Shown: positions 1 to 13,860, counted from the stretch's first letter. The stretch is 64,000 nt of DNA from Eledone cirrhosa (GCA_964016885.1 OZ024741.1:166842001-166906000); one strand, 5' to 3'. Made by a program: numbers and translations. The notes: a model not told the origin generated them from the letters alone.

Positions 1-179
1 TAGGTTGGCTTGCACTACACTCACACCCACCTCCACAGACACACACACATCCACACATACAAAATGTGGGGTGGTAATACTTAATATAATGGTTAGAGTC
101 CAATACTTAGATAGTTTAGAAACATTTAGAAATAAAAGGTTTATGCTGGTTGACTTGTACATACATTCACACCTACCCC

Positions 180-570
180 CTCAGACACTCACACATCTAC
201 ACACACAAATCCATACAGGTGTGCATATATGCATATGCATGCATGCATGTACGCACAAGTATACACACATATATATATACATATATATAAAATATATATA
301 TACACAGAACATGCATATATATGAAATATATACATACAAAAAGATTTAAAAAAATATATATACATAGGTACACACACACACAAAAAAAATATACACACGT
401 AAGACATACATATATATATATAAATATAAAAAAAATACACACACACATACACACATATATATATAAAATGTATACATACAGATACGCACACATATATAAA
501 AGATACGCATACACACATAAAATACACATATATATACACATGATACATATATACATATATATATGTATAA
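180..570. repeat. Degenerate (TA)n/(CA)n low-complexity tract, representative of dozens of (TA)n, (CA)n, (GA)n and (TATG)n microsatellites across 1-36000 and 63241-63304
   Basis: Directly visible dinucleotide and tetranucleotide runs. They generate most of the [12 protein letters not shown] ORFs in the ORF track. Confidence 0.95.
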
Positions 571-998
571 AATTAGGTTCAATAAAACATTGTTTAGATG
601 ACTCCCAACCCTGTAGAGGATCCGGTGGACCATCCACCATAAGGACCGCAAACCATGGGGTGTTGTTGTTGTCCAATGGTCATTGGTACGGGGTGTAGGG
701 GACCTACCCGGGGGGGGGGGGCGTAACCGTATATATAGGAAAATGTATGACCTCGACGGCAGAGCTCAAGCCGCTTCGACGGCTATTTCTGGACTAAATT
801 AAAATTTTTAGCCTGGTAAATAAATAGCCGAACTTTTCAAGGAGTACTTCCTTATATGGGAAGATTGTAGTTGTCAAGAGGATTGGTCAACATTGCTTGT
901 AAACACAATTAAGTCTATCATGGCAGTGGGTGGAAGATGGGGTGGCTGAACTTGCCTGTAGAGCAATGAGGGAGTGGTTCCTTACCACAACTCCTTCG

Positions 999-1080
<82 letters not shown>

Positions 1081-1137
1081 TTAATATAGATGAGATTCTA
1101 CAGGACTAGAACTGTTTCATTCTTTAGAAATCATCAG

Positions 1138-1206
<69 letters not shown>

Positions 1207-2050
1207 TGTATGAAAGCATATATGATATGTTTATGTATATTAGAGTTGTCGCTATCTATTTCTTTTAAAGCTGTGACCTTGTCAATATATCAGTAGCTTT
1301 TATCTGTCATTGGTGACAGACATACTCTCCCGCCACTAAAACGAAAATAAGCTAAACCTATAAACCGATATGGTTTTGTGTATGAAACATCGGCTAGAGA
1401 TGTTCCTTTGCAAATCTGACAGGCTGGGGTTAATTAGAAGTGGCACTAACAAACCGTAGTATGCAGTTCAACAATCAGCAAAGGAAGCGAACTAATTCAT
1501 CAGAGGAATAATCCGTATTGTATAAGGAATTAAACTTTGAATAAACAAATTCGACGTGTTGTATGAATTCAGAGCACTTAATAGATAGACAAACAAGATG
1601 AAGAAATGTAATATTATTGTAAAATTGTTTATTTCTTGTCCAATTCTTTAAAGTTTTATCTTAGTTTCTTGTCCTATTCTTTTAAAGTCTTATCTTAGTT
1701 TCTTGTCCTATTCTTTTAAAGTTTTATTTTAGTTTCTTGTCCTGTATTTTTAAAGGTTTATATTCCAACAATATTACTTTTTTTTGCTGTACGCATTTTT
1801 CTATCTGGTATAACTATAATCGCGCAAACAAAAACTTATAAAAATACACACACACGGACATAATTCACACAAATACACATACTTTCACACAAAAATACAT
1901 ACATTCACACATATACATTTACACAAACACACACATACAGTCATGATAGCGTTCGATTTAATTGGAAATGGGAGGGTAAAACAAGTATAACTTTTTATTT
2001 ATTTAGTAACTCTTTTTTTAAAACTCATTTAATATAACTTCGGGTTGTTT

Positions 2051-2412
2051 TCTGCTAGCTTGTGTAGTGTGTATATTGATATTATACGCAAGTATATATG
2101 CATGTAGATATGATACATCAAATAAAATCGTAATTGACAATATATAATACACAGAAATTGAGCGAAGACTGTGTTACACTCTCTTATGTAATTAGTAACG
2201 TAATCCATGATACATTAAAAAATACGATATTATATATCTGCTAGCATGTGTAGTGTGTATATTGATATTATACGCAAGTATATATCCATATAGATATGAT
2301 CAAATAAAATCGTAATTGACAATATACACAGAAATTGAACGACGACTGTGTTACACTGTCTTATGTAATCAGTAACGTAATCCATGATACATTAAAACAA
2401 GTCGATATTATA
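2051..2412. repeat. Direct tandem duplication, ~186-bp unit x2
   Basis: TCTGCTAGC(T/A)TGTGTAGTGTGTATATTGATATTATACGCAAG...GTAACGTAATCCATGATACATTAAAA occurs at ~2051 and ~2237. Confidence 0.9.
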
Positions 2413-2760
2413 TATATAAACTGCATTAGGAGAAAATTAGTGACATAAATATATGAATATTTATTTAAACGATCGCTAACCGGAAGTGTTAACATTTGAA
2501 AATTTTAAAGAAGTGAATCTTTAAATAAGTAATAAAACATATTTAATGAACAGCCACGAAATTTAGTAGATAAATTATGTAATATTCATTCATTATTTAT
2601 TCAAAGTAATCCAACTTATTTTACTAAGTGGATAAAAAATTATAAACCGTACGCAGTCACGCGCTTCTTACTTTATTATAGTTTAGATTAAGCACTGTTG
2701 TATTATTACGCCCATTGATTAGATATATATAAATGTAATAGCATATAAATTATGTCTGAT

Positions 2761-2798
<38 letters not shown>

Positions 2799-2990
2799 TT
2801 AAATATATACACACACACTTACATACCACACCACACACAAACCGTCTTCCGAAGTTAGTGAAGCTATTATTAATCCTCCCCGGGTGAAGTAAATTGTTAA
2901 TTCTTCGTAATTCATGAAATGCAATAATACATCTAACGGACACACACACAAATATGTCTATTTATACATAGACATATATATAGGTAAAGT

Positions 2991-3632
2991 CTGGTCCGAA
3001 GTGCGCATGCGCGAAGGCTGGGCCGAAGTGCACATGCGCGATGTCTGGTCCCAAGTGCGCATGCGTGTAGGCTGGTCCATACTGGGCATGCGCGAAGGCT
3101 GGTCCGTACTGCGCATGCGCGTATATGGTCCGAAGTGCGCATGCGCGAAGGCTGGTCGGTACTGCGCATGCACAAAGGCTTGGCCGACATGCGTATGCGC
3201 GAAGGCTGGCTCGAAGTGCGCTTGCGCGAAATCTGGTCCGTACTGCGCATGCGCGAAGGCTGGTCCGAAGTGCGCATGCGCGAAGGCTGGTCTGTACTGC
3301 GCATGTGTGAAGGCTGATCGTGCTCGCATGCGCGAAAGCAGGTCCGTACAGCGCATGCGCGAAGGCTGGTCCGTACTGCGCATGCAAAGGCCTGTCCGAA
3401 CTGCGCATGCGCGAAGGCTTGTCCGAAGTCGCATGCGTGGAGGCTGGTCCGTACTGCGCATGCGCGAACTCTGCTCCGAAGTGCGCATGCGCGAAGGCTG
3501 GTCCGTACTGCGCATGCGCGAAGTCTGGGTCGAAGTGCGCATGCGCGATGGCTGGTCCGTACTGCGCATGCGCGAAGGCTGGGCCGAAGTGCGGATGCGC
3601 GAAGGCTGGTCCGTACTGCGCATGCGTGAAAG
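2991..3632. repeat. 27-bp CpG-rich minisatellite (~24 units), most units carrying the palindrome GCGCATGCGC
   Basis: Consensus GAAGGCTGGTCCG(TAC/AAG)TGCGCATGCGC. The 9-aa periodicity (MREGWSVLR) in overlapping ORFs confirms the 27-nt period. Confidence 0.95.
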
Positions 3633-4187
3633 CTGTGCCACTACACCTCCTCCCGGATAAGACCACTAAAGCATTCCCGCGGACAATTGCCAGCGACACC
3701 CGCTGCAACAGCCACTCCACTTCTCAAGGCTCCTTCAGGCGAGCTGCTGACGTTCCAGCCTTGCGGAGGAGGAGCTCGGCAGTACTGCGTCCAAGTATGT
3801 CTGAGGTCTCGACGGCGATCGGTGCGAGGAGGAAGCGGCCGGACAATCCCAGTATTTGTATATATTTGTATGGCTAAATTAGTATTTGTCTTTAGTCCAA
3901 CAGTGGTTAGCAAGATAAATATCTACCAAAACACCTAAAAGGAAATTTGTGGTAGATATTCAATATTTTCTTTATATTATATATTTGAGGCTTGTTCTTC
4001 TCGTTGGTTTATCTTATAGCACTGTGTCTATCTGTTGAGTCGCTCTGCATTTTCAGTGGTGAAGAATCTCTCTTAGATGCTTAGATGTACTAAGATTGTA
4101 TTGCTTATGTACATGTATATCCAGTAGTGGCCAGGTTGTCCGATGGCAAGTGGGCCCCAGGGGACCCACGGTAGCATAGCATTGCTA

Positions 4188-4497
4188 TTGAAAGTAGGTT
4201 TATATGTATGAATTTTCATGGGATTGTCATAGTTGTCTCTGTGGCCTAGCGGTAGGTGCTAGAGACGGTGGAGATCCTCACCTTGGGTTCGATCCTGGTC
4301 AAGAGGTACATATAGCCTTTTTCAGTTTTTATTTTACATTCCGTAGAAAAAAAACTGAAAAGTTTTACCCGGAATCCTACTCCCGGTCAGGATCGAACTT
4401 CAGACGAGGATCACCACTGCCTATGATTCCTCCAACTAGACCGCCGTGTCAGTTACAAAAGTATAATGAAAATTAATAATTATAAACCTACTTTCAA
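4188..4497. mobile_element. Fold-back/MITE-like element with 17-bp terminal inverted repeats and two convergent tRNA-like (A-box/B-box) segments
   Basis: TTGAAAGTAGGTTTATA (4188-4204) is the exact reverse complement of TATAAACCTACTTTCAA (4481-4497). Inner IRs are AATTTTCAT/ATGAAAATT and TTTCAGTTTT/AAAACTGAAA. TGGCCTAGCGG...GGGTTCGATCC lies on + and GGTCTAGTTGG...AAGTTCGATCC on -. Confidence 0.65.
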
Positions 4498-4646
4498 AAT
4501 TAAAGTTAAAAAGATGTGGTGTCGTTCATGGCTTTCCTAGAGCTATTAGGGTCGACTTGTCAATCTTCTTGCTATTTGCTAACAACCTTATTATTCCTAT
4601 GTGTATTTAACTGTTGAATTAATTTAATTTGATTATTTAACAAACA

Positions 4647-4703
<57 letters not shown>

Positions 4704-4890
4704 TCCAAAGAATCATTAGATAAAATATATACAGTATTTCCTCTCCCAATCAGTATAAATCAACCACACAAAAAATCATTTAAACGAGGCTATAAATATA
4801 AAATGTACGTATGAAGAAATAATAGACAAATGATATAGTTTCTTTTCTGCGATGTACAGCCATATGATATTTACCTAACATTCCTTCTAG

Positions 4891-5143
4891 CCTGCAGAAA
4901 TTGACTAGACATATAATTAACTACACGTAATTAGGTACAAAATCGAAGTAGAAGAAAAAAATGTACATAAACTTTACCATAATCTTCATAATCTCTACCA
5001 CCCAGCGGTTTCATTCCACTTTTTGGATATATCCGGTCTTGGATAAATCCACGAGGCTCGGAACTCATCAGGAGATACCTCAGACTGGACTAAGATTTTT
5101 CTACCATGATCCCCCGCCAGATATGAATTCAAAAAGAAACGCG
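4891..5143 (+). CDS. Candidate exon of an unidentified host gene (possible start ATG at 4961)
   Basis: Branch/acceptor CTAACATTCCTTCTAG ends at 4890 and donor GCG|GTATGT is at 5143/5144. AAAAAATG opens MYINFTIIFIISTTQRF...SKRNA. No recognisable domain. Confidence 0.3.
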
Positions 5144-5237
5144 GTATGTTTACAGGGTAAAACATTTAGGAAGCCATAGCTATGCAAGCACCGGGGCTAA
5201 CCCCTTCTGGTGGTGTCCAACGGAAGCAAGGGGAACA

Positions 5238-5281
5238 ATCGTCGATGCATTTCGGACTTAACTGGTCCTCATCAGGACGAT
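5238..5281 (-). ncRNA. Minimal type I hammerhead ribozyme (Penelope pLTR type)
   Basis: Minus strand reads ATCGTC-CTGATGA-GGAC(CAGTTAA)GTCC-GAAA-TGCA-TC-GACGAT. It has a 6-bp stem I, intact core, 4-bp stem II, palindromic ATGCAT stem III and an AUC cleavage triplet. Confidence 0.85.
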
Positions 5282-5378
5282 CCCTCCCACCCATGCGACT
5301 GCTGGACGTAGAAGTTTCAAGAAACACAAATCAAATCAAGAGACTTGTTATAAATTATATATATATATATATGTGTGT

Positions 5379-5497
<119 letters not shown>

Positions 5498-5735
5498 AGT
5501 GTGCATGTGTAGACATCTCTATTGTATTATATGCAGCAGATTGTACAACAAACTCTCGGGTGTGTTGTTTTAATAAACGCACTTTTCTCTTGCTGTGAAA
5601 AAGAGAACAATTTGACTGGTTTCACCATCTGTTATAGCTTTCTTAGTAAGAATAGTAAGTTTAAAGTTATTAATATTATATGCATACTCGGACAGACTTT
5701 TTATACTCTAGTAATTAATATTTATTAATAATCTG

Positions 5736-5785
<50 letters not shown>

Positions 5786-6094
5786 CATACATGTGATATT
5801 TGATCAGCGGCTGCCAATGGTTTCGCAATCTAACGGCAAGCTTTCATAAGATTGCTGTTTTTCGGACCACACACATATATATTACATATTATATATACAT
5901 ATAAATATACATACATACATATATATATACATACATATATATATATATATATTCGCATAACATGCATATATACATACTTACGTACATATATTTTACAACA
6001 TATATCATATATAAATCACACACACACTCACACACACACATTTATATATATATATATATGTATATATATTTATGTATATATATATATATATATG

Positions 6095-6159
<65 letters not shown>

Positions 6160-6308
6160 CTATATATATCTATCGCTAAGTGTAATTGAGATATCTATCA
6201 TGCTGTTATATTTTATTAAATCATTGTATACATGTGTGAGTGGAGAGGGAAAGAGTAAAAGAATAAGAGAGAGGGAGAGAGAAAGCGAGAGTGAGAGAAC
6301 GAGAGAGA

Positions 6309-6373
<65 letters not shown>

Positions 6374-6704
6374 TGATAAGTGATGGCGGTAGTAGTTACA
6401 GGTATTTTTTATGCTATAATCTTACACTTTCTTTTATATTTATATATGTGGATATATTCAGTAACTTTAGAACGATCAAACCCAGGCAGTTACTGTTAAG
6501 AAACCAGCAACAACAACAGCATCAGCAGCAACAACAACACCAGTAACAACTGTAACAACAGCAACAACAGCAACAACAACAGCATGAAGCTAACAAAAAC
6601 GGTTACAAGGAGCATCACTAAGAGCAGTCGCAGAATTAACATCTGAAATTTAGGCTTTGTAACATTCCAAAGGAAATACCATGGCAACCAGCCAAAGTAT
6701 CGAG

Positions 6705-6838
<134 letters not shown>

Positions 6839-6974
6839 CGCACGCGCGCGCGCACACATACACACATATATGTATATACGTATGCATGTATGTATGTATG
6901 TATGTATGTATGTATGTATTTATGTATGTATGTCTGTCTGTATGTATGTATGTATGTATGTATGTATGTATGTA

Positions 6975-8790
6975 TGTCTCATGGTCGGGTCGTTGGAGAC
7001 TAAACTGGCAACCCCACCAAGGTTTCCTGGTGAGGAGGGTGACTTTGGACATCTTGCAGGACTAAAAACAAAACCTGTCAAAGGGCAAAGGAGCTCTTAA
7101 GAGTCAATGGCCATCCAAAATCACCGGGAGAGATGACCCCTTAGCCTTTGTCAAGGCAGAATTCTAGGAGAAGGAAAACTCTGATATAACACCTGCAACC
7201 CTGATGGTATCCAATGATGTTGACCTGTTCTTCTTTTTGGTAAATGTCATCTTGGTTAAGAGAGTGGGACTGGCTTTGTGCAGTGCCTTTGCTCACTATA
7301 AAAGCTTCACGGCACAGGCATTGCTTTATATCTGGAGATCTCTCTGCACTTGTCATCACATTGTACCATGGGTCCAGCACTATGTGTCAATAATTGTCAC
7401 AAGTGTAGTGTTTGTACCAGAGTTTTCAAGTCGCTGGCTGGACTAAAAAGTCACACTCGTTCAGCGCATAGGTAGGGGTTCTCCTACATGGATATAAAGT
7501 AGTGGCCGTACTCGAAAACGAGTTGGCAGCCACCATGTATGTATGTATGTATGTATGTATGTATGTATGTATGTATGTATGTATCCCAGTACAACCTGTC
7601 TCATGGTCGGGTCGTTGGCGACTAAACTGGCAACCCCATCAAGGTTTCCTGGTGAGGAGGGTGACTTTGGACATCTTGCAGGACTAAAAACAAAACCTGT
7701 CAAAGGGCAAAGGAGCTCTTAAGAGTCAATGGCCATCCAAAATCACCGGGAGAGATGACCCCTTAGCCTTTGTCAAGGCAGAATTCTAGGAGAAGGAAAA
7801 CTCTGATATAACACCTGCAACCCTGATGGTATCCAATGATGTTGACCTGTTCTTCTTTTTGGTAAATGTCATCTTGGTTAAGAGAGTGGGACTGGCTTTG
7901 TGCAGTGCCTTTGCTCACTATAAAAGCTTCACGGCACAGGCATTGCTTTATATCTGGAGATCTCTCTGCACTTGTCATCACATTGTACCATGGGTCCAGC
8001 ACTATGTGTCAATAATTGTCACAAGTGTAGTGTTTGTACCAGAGTTTTCAAGTCGCTGGCTGGACTAAAAAGTCACACTCGTTCAGCGCATAGGTAGGGG
8101 TTCTCCTACATGGATATAAAGTAGTGGCCGTACTCGAAAACGAGTTGGCAGCCACCATGTATGTATGTATGTATGTATGTATGTATGTATGTATGTATGT
8201 ATGTATGTATGTATGTATCCCAGTACAACCTGTCTCATGGTCGGGTCGTTGGCGACTAAACTGGCAACCCCACCAAGGTTTCTTGGTGAGGAGGGTGACT
8301 TTGGACATCCTGCAGGACTAAAAACAAAACCTGTCAAAGGGCAAGGGAGCTCTTAAGAGTCAATAGCCATCCAAAATCACTGGCAGAGAAGACCCCTTAG
8401 CCTTTGTCAAGGCAGAATTCTAGGAGAAGGAAAACTCTGATATAACACCTGCAACCCTGATGGTATCCAATGATGTTGACTTGTTCTTCTTTTTGGTAAA
8501 TATCATCTTGGTTAAGAGAGTGGGACTGGCTTTGTGCAGTGCCTTTGCTCACTATAAAAGCTTCACAGCACAGGCATTGCTTTATATCTGGAGATCTCTC
8601 TGCACTTGTCATCACATGGTACCATGGGCCCTGCACTATGTGTCAATAATGGTCACAAGTGTAGTCTTTGTACCAGAGTTTTCAAGTCGCTGGCTGGACT
8701 AAAAAGTCACATTCGTTCAGCGCATCGGTAGGGGTTCTCCTACATGGATATAAAGTAGTGGCCGTACTCGAAAACGAGTTGGCAGCCACC
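6975..8790 (+). mobile_element. Three tandem copies (period 622 and 634 bp) of a non-autonomous bipartite RTE-like retroelement, each ending in (ATGT)n
   Basis: Near-identical units start at ~6975, 7597 and 8231. The 3' part encodes a C2H2 finger CSVCTRVFKSLAGLKSHTRSAHR* (7404-7475), typical of RTE/BovB C-termini. It is followed by an ACTCG-AAAA-CGAGT hairpin and a microsatellite tail. No RT or APE sequence inside. Confidence 0.75.
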
Positions 8791-9237
8791 ATGTATGTAT
8801 GTATGTATGTATGTATGTATGTATGTATGCATTTATGTATGTATGTATGTAAATATTTATGTGTATATTTATGTATATATGTATATATGTATGTATCTAT
8901 ATATTTATGAATACATGCATGTATATATTACTTGGGAGATTAAATCTGTAAACATATATTTGGAGCAGGTTGAGCACAGAAGCTGGAAAGTACTTCTAAT
9001 AATACAATGGCAGCAGAGAAAATATTAAATATAAACAAACAAATAATTAAATCTAACCAAATAACGTGTGGGGTGGGGGTAAGGTGCGACCATGTGACAC
9101 ATCACCAGTTAATCGTTCCAATAAAGCAGTGGTTATGTAAGTGGGTTCCGCAAAGGAGTGTCAGAGATTCCGTGAAAAAAGGTAGAGAAGTATATGAATA
9201 TCTATTACGACCATATAACATTATTGGCAGTATCGAG

Positions 9238-9815
9238 GGCGGTGGATTGGCAGTATCGGTAGAGGGTCGGACGCCATGCTTTCCAGCATAGTTACGTCCT
9301 TTTACGATCTGAGTTCAAATCCCGCCGAGGTTGACTTTGCCTTTCAACCTTACGGGGTCGATAAAATAAAGTACCAGTAATGCACTGGTAATTGCTGGCC
9401 TTATGCCTAAAGTAGAAACAATTATTGGCAGTATCGGTAGAGGGTCGGACGCCATGCTTTGCAGCAAAGAGTTACGGCCCTTTATGATCTGAGTTCAAAT
9501 CCAGCCGAGGTTAACTTTTCCTCTCATCCTTACGGGGTCGATAACGTAAAGTATCAGTAACGTACTGGGTCGATTTAATTGACTTTCCCCTCCCTCAAAA
9601 TTGCTGGCCTTGTGCCTAAAGTAGAAACAATTATTGGCAGTATCGGCAGAGCGTCGGACGCCATGCTTTGCAGCATAGAGTTACGGCCCTTTATGATCTG
9701 TGTTCAAATCCCGCCGAGGTTAACTTTGCCTTTCATCCTTACGGAGTCGATAAAATAAAGTACCAGTAATATACTGGGGTAATTGCTAGCATTGTGCCAA
9801 AAGTAGAAATAATTA
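9238..9815 (+). mobile_element. Three head-to-tail tRNA-derived SINE copies (octopus OR-like family)
   Basis: A-box TGGCAGTATCGG, B-box GAGTTCAAATCC, body GCCGAGGTTGACTTTGCCTTTCATCCTTACGGGGTCGATAAAATAAAGTACCAG and tail GCCTAAAGTAGAAACAATTATT are each repeated three times. Confidence 0.88.
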
Positions 9816-9949
9816 TTAGATTTTGGGGTTCCTCCAAAAGGGATCCGCGTTTCAAAATGTTTGGGAAACCCAGCAATATAATATTGAAGTCGATTCAATC
9901 GATTCTTTCGAGCCCCGCCAAATTGCTGGCCTTGTGCACTAAACTAAAC

Positions 9950-10095
9950 CAGAAAGATTATAAATGGTGTTATGATAATGTGGCTAGGATTATTCGTTTG
10001 GAATTGTGCGGAAAGTATGATCTTAAGAGGACAGATACATGGAGTAGGCGTTGAGAAGGTCCAGGAAGCATTGGGGCCTAAGGAGCTGCTGGGGG
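9950..10095 (+). pseudogene. R4/Dong-type non-LTR retrotransposon fragment (RHD region preceding the RLE)
   Basis: DYKWCYDNVARIIRLELCGKYDLKRTDTW resembles the YKxRHDNVAxIIHWELCxKY motif of R4/Dong elements. Confidence 0.6.
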
Positions 10096-10409
10096 CTGTA
10101 GAGATGATATAAGATATTAAATATCAAATGATACATATGATATATATGATATAGTAAATGATACATTTGATATAGTAAAATAAAAAATAAACAATATTTA
10201 GAACAGCGAGCGAGTTTGAAAATAGAAATAGACGCTTTCGCCGTATTTTTGACAAAAGAAATTTTAGCCTGATAGTAGAGTTTAGAAGCCTCTAATACAT
10301 GGAAAAAGATGAGTATGTACGTACGTGTACGTACGTGTACGTACAAGTAGAAGTGATGGCGATTGTTGTGCGTACAATAGGTACAGTCAACACATAGAAA
10401 ACAAAACAC

Positions 10410-11100
10410 AAACAGGATTTAACATCAAGGTGGACCATCTGAGGAGACGCAACGGGAAAAGAAAGTCAATGTTCGGTATTAACTGACCAAAACGGGCGCG
10501 TGCTACTCGGTTCTGAGAGAAGACTATCCCGATAAGGTCAAGTGGAGGTGACGAACGCATCTACTACCATCTAACAGTCGTGCCTTGTTCCGGTCCACGT
10601 CTGACCGCATTAGAGCGCCTACTCTTTCGCTTTTTGTGGAAGGGATGCGTTCCAATGGTCAGACGGTTCAGTACCTGCTTTGCGGAGAGCCGGGTATATA
10701 TGGCTGACGATGCGCAAACATGCACTTGAGGCTGCGATATCTCTGGCATTTCTTTTACGATGAACAGGTGTGGTCTACTTTCGTCAGACACGTTTTTCAC
10801 CAACTCATCACCTTGATGGAACTGCAGTCTTGGAGCAACCAAAGACCAATAGCGAGTGTTTAGCAACTGGCATGTAGTCAGGCGTTCACAGCCCTCTATC
10901 AATTGGGCATTGCGTTCGGTGGAAAATCCACTTTACCGTTCTAGGGAAGATTATTAGCGGGGAAAACTGATGGTGTTCTTGCGGAGACTCTGAACGTCGA
11001 AATCGATCAACTACTCATTTTCTTTCGGAGAATTTTCAGCCCAGAGCCGATGGATAACTTCCAGAAATCCTTGGTCTGATAACTCCGCCTCATTGGACGG
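10410..11100 (+). pseudogene. Degenerate L1/Tx1-clade LINE ORF2 remnant
   Basis: The segment near 10560-10670 translates as YHLTVVPC...LERLLFRFLWKGCVPMVRR, matching the post-RT FxFLW motif of Tx1/L1 elements. Many stops and frameshifts. Confidence 0.55.
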
Positions 11101-11859
11101 CTTTCGTCCATTCGTGTCTTAGAGCAAGCACACTAGCTTTATCAACACAGCCTGTGTTTCACTCTGGAGAATTGGTCGAAAACTAATATCGTCTCTTTTT
11201 GTTGGGTTTGCTTTTGTCATTGTTGCAGGTGTGAGTTGGGCTCTGCTTAAAATGTCGGTGTCTGTGGTAGTGGTAATGGTGTTAATGATGGTGGTGATGA
11301 GGTTGATATGTGTGTTGTATCTTGTAGTTTTAACTTTTTCTTCTGCTCTCATTTTTTATAGGCGAAATTTTTCTTTTTTGTTTTCTTTTTTTTTTTTGTT
11401 TTCTACCACTCCTCCTCGCTGCAATCCATATCCGACTCTTCCAAATTGGAGAGGTGCATGTCGGATTGAAGTTTGGGTTTCACCCTATGACCCTTTTCCT
11501 ATACCATCTGCTTTACCTCCCTTACATCCTCCTCTTTGAGATTTATCTCATTTAATTGTCTGTCGCGCCCGCGAAAGAAGCCACTAGCTGGATGCAATTT
11601 CTTTCTATGTTTTTGGAAGCGATTTCAGTTGGCTTTAGAACCCTATTGTTGTTTAGATAACAAATGGCCTACAATGAAATTGCTTTGGAGACCAAACCAG
11701 TATATATATATATATATATATATATTCAGTAATTAAGAATATTCCAAAGCTTGGTAGAACAAGTTGTGAGGAAAGTTATCAACATACGTTAAGGTGACTC
11801 AACAGGTTGGTAGGGATTCTGTGGTGGAAACACGAACAAACGAGGAGTGTAATAAAAAA

Positions 11860-12608
<749 letters not shown>

Positions 12609-12640
12609 AAAATTGAACGGGAACAAAACAGAGAGGCAGT

Positions 12641-12825
12641 ACGGTGGATTGGCAGTATCGGTAGAGGGTCGGACGCCATGCTTTCCAGCATAGTTACGTC
12701 CCTTTACGATCTGAGTTCAAATCCCGCCGAGGTTGACTTTGCCTTTCATCCTTACGGGGTCGATAAAATAAAGTACCAGTAATGCACTGGGTAATTGCTG
12801 GCCTTGTGCCTAAAGTAGAAACAAT
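12641..12825 (+). mobile_element. tRNA-derived SINE (OR-like)
   Basis: Same head, body and tail as the 9238 copies. Confidence 0.88.
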
Positions 12826-12923
12826 TAAATTCACGCTCTTGAGAGTGGGGTGGTGATACAAGCAAATTATACAAGCAAATTATAAACGTAAACATACTTG
12901 CATGTTTACGTTTATAATTTGCT

Positions 12924-13001
<78 letters not shown>

Positions 13002-13157
13002 AGCACTTGTATATATATATATATATATATATACAAGCAAATTATAAACGTAAACATGTAAGTATGTTTTTGAAACGGTGCGCGAGTTTGAAATTAGAAA
13101 TTAGAAATTATAAGCTTTCACCGTATTTTAGACTAAAGAAATTTCTAGCCTGATAGT

Positions 13158-13220
<63 letters not shown>

Positions 13221-13221
13221 T

Positions 13222-13340
13222 ATAATTGTTTCTACTTTTGGCACAAAGCCACCAATTACCCAGTGCATTACTGGTATTTTATTTTATCGACCCCGTAAGG
13301 ATGAAAGGCAAAGTTAACCTCGGCGGGATTTGAACTCATA
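13222..13340 (-). mobile_element. 5'-truncated tRNA-derived SINE (OR-like), inverted relative to the 12641 copy
   Basis: Reverse complement of the B-box, body and tail. Confidence 0.85.
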
Positions 13341-13860
13341 TCCTATAATGTGCTCATGACAGGTGCAATGTGTCCGAACACGGAAGAGCTGAACTCCCAC
13401 TGTCATCGCCGCCGTCTCTCTGTATAGAGAGATGGGGAGGACGAGATAGATGGGTCCCACGTGCTGGCCGCCCCACAGCCCCGGCGGACAGAATGGAGAA
13501 GGCAGGCTGGTTGACTGCTTTTCTTGTCATCTGGCTGGCTGGCTAACCTAGTGGTGTTCGGGTTAGGTGGCAGGCTAACTGGTCGACTTGTTGACTGGCT
13601 ATGTTTCTTTATTGTTTTTGTTTTTGTTGTTATGCTTGTTGCTGCTGCTCTTGTTGTTTTGTTAGAGGCGGTGGTATTGTTGGTGCTAACAGTGGTAATG
13701 GTTTTGATGACGTTGCATTGTTCTACTTTCACCTCACGCACATGTCTGGGATGTTGGCGCTGGTATGAAGCCCGATTAGCTCGTGTATATTATGAGTAAA
13801 GCTGCTGCATTGATTGTTCTGTTTTACGAATCTGTGGGTGTTCTTTGCTTCTATTTCATT

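Noticed and set aside
2914-3877. ORFs of 185-252 aa on both strands with CACAKAG/MREGWS repeats
   Set aside because: All frames are open because the 27-bp unit lacks stops. There is no evidence of coding constraint.
4234-4305. Possible tRNA gene
   Set aside because: A and B boxes are present, but I could not build a convincing acceptor stem and anticodon arm. Treated as tRNA-derived repeat sequence.
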